Position numbers and translations under genes: made by a program
Shown: positions 59,706-64,000 of the stretch, piece after piece
Layout of the letters: every line of letters begins with the position of its first letter
How positions within the stretch are numbered: the stretch's first letter is position 1
Notes under the pieces: generated by a model
Databases searched by the model: none
Seen by the model: only the letters and a program-made list of their open reading frames with translations
Told to the model about the DNA's origin: nothing
DNA from: Promethearchaeota archaeon
Lineage (GTDB): Archaea > Asgardarchaeota > Hermodarchaeia > Hermodarchaeales > Hermodarchaeaceae
Length of the DNA stretch: 64,000 bases
NCBI GenBank assembly: GCA_048938295.1
Contig: JBHLMI010000011.1
Span: 1,337 to 65,336, forward strand
Direction: 5' to 3'

Positions 59706-59951
59706 TTACATCTTTTTACTCTCAGAAGTAGGAATGGGAGCACGATAGCGCGTTTGATAGCAATTGCGGCAAATGTAGCGAGGCATAACGTTAAGCGCAC
59801 CACACCATGGGCATTTCCAAAAATCGATCGTTGTTAGTGTCACATCGGCCTCACGTCGGATATAACGACAATGCTGGCATAAACGTAAATGAATAAAATT
59901 TGATACTCCACATTTCGGACACGTCCAATACTTCAAATTCCACCACCCCAC
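59706..59951 (-). CDS. double zinc-ribbon protein
   Basis: CPKCG...CQHC and CPWCG...CRNC pairs in 81 aa. Confidence 0.55.
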   Translation of the reverse strand: MGWWNLKYWTCPKCGVSNFIHLRLCQHCRYIRREADVTLTTIDFWKCPWCGALNVMPRYICRNCYQTRYRAPIPTSESKKM

Positions 59952-60144
59952 GAGGATCTCTTATTGCTACTTTCTCATTAAATCTCCTAAGTTGTGCTAT
60001 AGGATGCGCGGGTTTCATAGCGACTCTATATTGATTTCAGCCGAATCTTCACATCCTAGCATATAGTAGGAGGGAACGAAAAAACAAAAACACTCTGAAA
60101 AACATCATTTCCAAAGTGTGACAAATAATTTTATCTTGAGCTTG

Positions 60145-60160
60145 TTGTCAATCTTGACAA
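60145..60160. promoter_or_regulatory. perfect palindrome TTGTCAA-tc-TTGACAA upstream of zinc-ribbon/hdrA-mvhDGA gene string
   Basis: 7-bp arms, 2-nt spacer; shares TTGAC half-site with 16651-16722 array. Confidence 0.35.
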
Positions 60161-60244
60161 ACGCTTTCCAAATATCAGCAGAAACGCGATTCTGTGATGG
60201 TTTTTCGTAGTATTATGAAAATTAAGCTTTCATAGTGTTAGACT

Positions 60245-60571
60245 TCATTTTATTTGTTCAAGTTTCTCTAGCATTTGTTGGCGATATCGTTCTAAAGCGG
60301 TTTTCCCCTCATCAGAGAGTTGGATGAGCGTGTGGGGAATTTTATCAACGAATTCTTTGGTGATCCTAACATAGCCGACGGTTTCCAGTTTGCTGAGATG
60401 AGAAGAGAGATTACCGCGCGTGAGGCCCGTGCGGCGTAAGATGAACAGGAAATCTGCACTCTCGACTTCTTTGAGAATGGTGAGGATTTTCAGACGTGCT
60501 GGCGAATGGACAATAGGATCAACATCCTCATCCTCGATGGAAGAGAATGGGGGGGAGTTAGAGGAGGGCAT
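60245..60571 (-). CDS. winged-helix (ArsR/PadR-like) transcriptional regulator
   Basis: ARLKILTILKEVESADFLFILRRTGLTRGNLSSHLSKLETVGYVRITKEF; start placed at internal ATG 60571 (preceded by ggtga) because upstream part of track ORF 60245..60829 overlaps membrane-protein gene in another frame. Confidence 0.65.
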   Translation of the reverse strand: MPSSNSPPFSSIEDEDVDPIVHSPARLKILTILKEVESADFLFILRRTGLTRGNLSSHLSKLETVGYVRITKEFVDKIPHTLIQLSDEGKTALERYRQQMLEKLEQIK

Positions 60572-61241
60572 GGGGCGTCTCACCTTCAATGGACTCGGTG
60601 TGTTCGACTGGATAGTGGTGCAGGAATCGGAGAAACAGGATAGTGCCGAATAAGAGAGCGAGGAGCCCAATGGCGGCGTATTGGATGGCAAGGGTTGTGA
60701 AAAACGCCGCATATGCGCTGGGAAAACTGAGAGGCAACCATGGCACGAGAATCCCAATGAGAGGCGGAAGAACCGCAAATAGATAATAGCGGGCAACGTG
60801 GTATTTGCGGGCGATGATAAAGAGCCCAATGGAAATTAAGACGCTAAAGGTGACGGGGGCAATCCAGATTAACCAGAAGAACAGTCCATCATATCCGGAG
60901 AAGATGAATAAGACCACCGGCGGAAGGATGAGCAGAATCATAATCGAGACCAGCACAAGGACTGCTGTGCGTGTACTCGTGGCTTCCAAGGGCTTGGGCT
61001 TGACATATCCGACGCGGGGATAGACCCACCGTTGTTTAGCTCGCTCAATGAGCGGTCTATATAGCAGGGGATTAAGGGTCAGGATCATAACCCACAGGAA
61101 TGTGATATTGTGGGCAAGCAGGGTGAGAAGGGCAGCCAAGCCAAGAAGAATGACGGCCATGAAAAGGTCAGCGAGTCCATCCTCATAATAGGCTTGTTGG
61201 ACTTTCAGAGCGAGTGCATCTAATTCTGTGGAGGTTGACAT
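60558..61241 (-). CDS. polytopic membrane protein, operonic with wHTH regulator
   Basis: 227 aa, 6 TM; 14-nt overlap with downstream regulator gene. Confidence 0.6.
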   Translation of the reverse strand: MSTSTELDALALKVQQAYYEDGLADLFMAVILLGLAALLTLLAHNITFLWVMILTLNPLLYRPLIERAKQRWVYPRVGYVKPKPLEATSTRTAVLVLVSIMILLILPPVVLFIFSGYDGLFFWLIWIAPVTFSVLISIGLFIIARKYHVARYYLFAVLPPLIGILVPWLPLSFPSAYAAFFTTLAIQYAAIGLLALLFGTILFLRFLHHYPVEHTESIEGETPHALL

Positions 61242-61398
61242 TGGCGTTCATCTTGAGGTTCCAGTTCCAAACTGGTTTGCGATGCAAACATGTTTGAAAA
61301 TTGAGCCTATAAAGTTTTGGATACAGGCATATAGCTTCACTCGTCTCGAGTAAAGTTCCTTACTCATGAAAAAGAAGGCTTCGACTCTGTGAATCTTA

Positions 61399-61596
61399 CT
61401 AGTCAGCAGCTCTGACTACAATACCAGCACCTAAACCAACGAGAAGCCCAATGAGCCAAGGAATAAAAATGAAGAAAGCATTATTAGTTAATATCCAGAG
61501 GGCTGAACCTATCACGAGGCCAAAACACATTCCGTACAGCATGAATTGCATTACTCTACTCAACTTAGCCATTTCAACCAGCATTGTATACTTCAA
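61399..61596 (-). CDS. small membrane protein
   Basis: 65 aa, 2 TM. Confidence 0.3.
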   Translation of the reverse strand: MKYTMLVEMAKLSRVMQFMLYGMCFGLVIGSALWILTNNAFFIFIPWLIGLLVGLGAGIVVRAAD

Positions 61597-61679
61597 AAAT
61601 CAGACCCTTTAACATTAGCTTCTTAATTCAGGCACAGAGCAACGCTCTTCACGAGGAATCAATTCCTAACCGTTATTCG

Positions 61680-61900
61680 AGCTCTGGTTTTTTCGCGGCG
61701 TTTCAACTACACCTAGGAAAGAAGATATGTAACAGTGCTTGCCAAGGATGGCTTTGATCGCCTTAGCCAACCAGCAATCCCATTGAGCAAGATCAAGAAC
61801 CCAAATCATGAGGTTCTACCTCGATTCTTAGAATCACATCTTCAGCAATTCCATCCATTGAGCCGCACCTCATTTACAAGCCACCACAAAATACAGCTCG
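61680..61900 (-). pseudogene. decayed fragment paralogous to ICMT-family methyltransferase gene 63440..63994
   Basis: DNA about 65-80% identical to 63540-63790 (e.g. gccaaggatggctttgatcgccttagccaacc vs gacaaggatggcagtgatcgattggcccaacc); residual ORF encodes MIWVLDLAQWDCWLAKAIKAIL vs intact PMILGFLILLSGIGWLGQSITAIL. Confidence 0.5.
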
Positions 61901-61912
61901 TTCTTTGAGGCA

Positions 61913-62362
61913 TTGCAAATAAATACCATAAGCTGTGTCACATCTTTAGGTGACTCAACGGTGCTCTTTCTCATTCTCTCCGTCCTATTGATTTTGACTG
62001 CGATTTTTGTAATCTACTTTTGGGTAGATTACTTTTTCAAAGGCAATGTTCAGGTAACAAAAGAGGAGTGGTATAACAAATTTGAATCCGCTTTTCCAAT
62101 CGCTGATTTCTGGATGTCAGCTTGTGCGATTCTCGGTGCTTTGGGCCTCCTACTTGGCCAGTCTTTTGGTCCCTTCTTCGCCCTCCTAGCCGCCAGTTCA
62201 CTGATTTTCTTAGCCCTTATGGACATCACCTTCAATATCCAAAATAAGATGTATCGGTTAGCGAGGAAGTCCCGTGAAATGGCATTCGAAGTCATAATCA
62301 ATGTCTGGTGCCTTACCCTGGGTATCACGCTGATTCTTGTGTTTTCAACGATTTTCCTTTAG
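61913..62362 (+). CDS. hypothetical membrane protein
   Basis: 149 aa, 4 TM. Confidence 0.4.
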   Translation: MQINTISCVTSLGDSTVLFLILSVLLILTAIFVIYFWVDYFFKGNVQVTKEEWYNKFESAFPIADFWMSACAILGALGLLLGQSFGPFFALLAASSLIFLALMDITFNIQNKMYRLARKSREMAFEVIINVWCLTLGITLILVFSTIFL

Positions 62363-62432
62363 TGAGACAACGGATTTGATAAGGAGGCACACGCACAGTA
62401 CTACTACCAACACTTGTGAGTGGTAGTTTTCA

Positions 62433-63227
62433 GTGTCCTCAGATACTTCAATGCGCGACGAGCGCATCCGCGAAGCACAACGTATCATCGACACAGCTCA
62501 ATCACAGAACGTGCTCCTCCGATTAATTGGAGGGCTTGCAATTAGGAATCATTGTGAAATCATCGGATTTTGTGAACGAGATTATGCCGACATCGATTTA
62601 GTGGGACTGCGGAAACAATCCACTAAAATCGTCAAAGTGATGAGAGACCTTGGTTACCAAGAAAACACCCAAGTTGCATTAACTACTGATGGTCAACGGA
62701 TGCTGTTTCTAAAACCCCATTCAACTGATCATGTTGATGTCTTCTTAGATACCTTCGAAATGGAGCATTCTATTGATTTGAAGCACCGCCTTCGAGTTGA
62801 ACCGTATACAATCTCCATTAGCGATCTGTTGCTCTCCAAACTTCAGATCCATCGACTAAATGAAAAAGATGTTCGCGACATATTAACCATAATCAAAGAT
62901 ATCCCCCAAGGAAACACCGATGAACGCGGTATCATCAATATTACCTATATCGCCACCCTCTGTTCCAAAGATTGGGGTCTATACCATGACGTGACCTCCA
63001 ACATCACCACGGTTCTTCAGCTTTTATCCAACTACTCTCTTTCTCTCACCGAAACCAACCACATCCGCCAAAACCTATACCATATTCAAACCGCCATCGA
63101 ACAGGCTCCTAAAACCCCCAAATGGAAACTCCGCAAGCGCCTAGGAACACGCAAAGCCTGGCGCCGCATAGTGGAGAATCAATCTGAACCACCAACAATG
63201 GGTGATGACGCTCTTTATCGCACTTAG
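62433..63227 (+). CDS. hypothetical protein, possible Pol-beta-type nucleotidyltransferase fold
   Basis: LIGGLAIRNH...DYADIDLVG resembles GS/GG-x(9-13)-DxD NTase motif; GTG start in track, ATG at 62451. Confidence 0.45.
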   Translation: MSSDTSMRDERIREAQRIIDTAQSQNVLLRLIGGLAIRNHCEIIGFCERDYADIDLVGLRKQSTKIVKVMRDLGYQENTQVALTTDGQRMLFLKPHSTDHVDVFLDTFEMEHSIDLKHRLRVEPYTISISDLLLSKLQIHRLNEKDVRDILTIIKDIPQGNTDERGIINITYIATLCSKDWGLYHDVTSNITTVLQLLSNYSLSLTETNHIRQNLYHIQTAIEQAPKTPKWKLRKRLGTRKAWRRIVENQSEPPTMGDDALYRT

Positions 63228-63439
63228 TACTTCTACCTATAGACCACAGCCTATTTCACCTCAGCAACACAATTTTGCCTAATAGGTAGTCAGTTTCACT
63301 AAATAGGTCTCCGCATAATCATGGGGCGTGTCATTATTCACCCTCGTCAAAACGTATCATCATAGAGTCTTTTCTATAGGTCCACTGCGCGTCTAAAAGC
63401 TCAAGTAAAGAATGATAACATGTAACCCCAAAACCTGGT

Positions 63440-63994
63440 TCAGGCTTCCTTTTCATGAAGCTTTTTTGCACGGCGCCGCGGTCGGGGTATAATCAAAGGG
63501 GTTGTTTCCCGGTAAGCGCGGTAGGCGGCACCAAACCGTTGTTCAAGCTTCGGCTCTTCCCGACGCTTCAGCCAGATCCAAAGCAGAATGAATGCTATCA
63601 GAGGGTTGACAAGGATGGCAGTGATCGATTGGCCCAACCAGCCAATCCCGCTGAGCAGAATCAAAAATCCAAGAATCATAGGGTTTCGCGTATACGCGTA
63701 GAATCCCGACGTCACCAACTCCCTTGATTGCGCCGCATCATCCACATCCCCCCATGGTAACCCCTGACCTGCTCGATATAACTGAAGAATCGACCCCCAA
63801 CAGACTATCATCCCGCAGACATAGAAAGTGATTCCAATGATGAGATTCAATGGGAAAGGAGGGAATAAGGGAAACAACAGCACCGCATCCACCCATTTTC
63901 CCACCCACCACGTCACCAACGGAATCACCACCACAAATAACAACACAACAAACGGGACCACCCGCCAAGACAATTTCCGTTTAGGTTGTGCCAT
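63440..63994 (-). CDS. isoprenylcysteine carboxyl methyltransferase (ICMT/PEMT) family membrane methyltransferase
   Basis: ELVTSGFYAYTRNPMILGFLILLSG motif typical of ICMT family; 184 aa, 4-5 TM. Confidence 0.8.
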   Translation of the reverse strand: MAQPKRKLSWRVVPFVVLLFVVVIPLVTWWVGKWVDAVLLFPLFPPFPLNLIIGITFYVCGMIVCWGSILQLYRAGQGLPWGDVDDAAQSRELVTSGFYAYTRNPMILGFLILLSGIGWLGQSITAILVNPLIAFILLWIWLKRREEPKLEQRFGAAYRAYRETTPLIIPRPRRRAKKLHEKEA

Positions 63995-64000
63995 TTGATC

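Noticed and set aside
59618-59837. Two overlapping ~60-aa ORFs between hdrA and the zinc-ribbon gene
   Set aside because: Mutually antisense, no motifs; region more likely a short 5' leader/IGR.
60572-60829. N-terminal Ser/Pro-rich part of track ORF 60245..60829
   Set aside because: Low-complexity; overlaps the well-formed membrane protein gene 60558..61241 in another frame; the real regulator gene probably starts at ATG 60571.
1-64000. Search for tRNA/rRNA genes
   Set aside because: No T-loop (GTTCRAATC) plus acceptor-stem candidates and no rRNA-like conserved stretches were found by eye in intergenic regions.

Overview
This 64-kb window looks archaeal and most likely comes from an Asgard-type archaeon. 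The basis is a Rab/Ras-like small GTPase, the mvhDGA-hdrA hydrogenase/heterodisulfide-reductase genes, F420-type LLM oxidoreductases, C-terminal TM-anchored secreted proteins, AT-rich TATA-like boxes about 25-30 bp upstream of starts, and frequent GTG/TTG starts. About 60 genes are packed densely, mostly on the minus strand. Content is dominated by metal homeostasis (CopB-type Cu ATPase, FTR1, GDT1/UPF0016, cbiMNQO ECF Co/Ni transporter, NikR, CPC-type P1B ATPase, a GC-rich P2-type cation ATPase) and small-solute transport. It also holds redox metabolism: mvhA, mvhG, an HdrA-MvhD fusion carrying an N-terminal wHTH, an MtdA-like fusion protein, two LLM oxidoreductases, nitroreductases and CrtI-like FAD oxidoreductases. 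Several wHTH regulators are fused to or paired with membrane proteins. Secreted proteases are present: a gingipain-like clan-CD peptidase and a tandem retropepsin-like aspartic protease. No tRNA, rRNA or CRISPR array was seen. The most unusual signal is non-coding. A conserved ~60-bp element is present in at least 12-16 copies. Box 1 is TTCGAAGAC, followed by a ~20-25 nt variable spacer, then box 2, AATGATGTGAAAGATAGATTTGTTTCAC. Every copy lies in an intergenic region, including essentially every unusually long one. All copies are in the same (+) orientation whatever the orientation of the flanking genes. The substitutions are compatible with an RNA hairpin, including G-U wobbles. This points to an undescribed family of structured ncRNA genes or transcribed repeat elements. 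Other notable points are operator-like TTGAC palindromes near regulator genes, a shared promoter motif on two transporter genes, a wHTH regulator gene lacking an in-frame start, and a decayed paralogous fragment of an ICMT-family gene.
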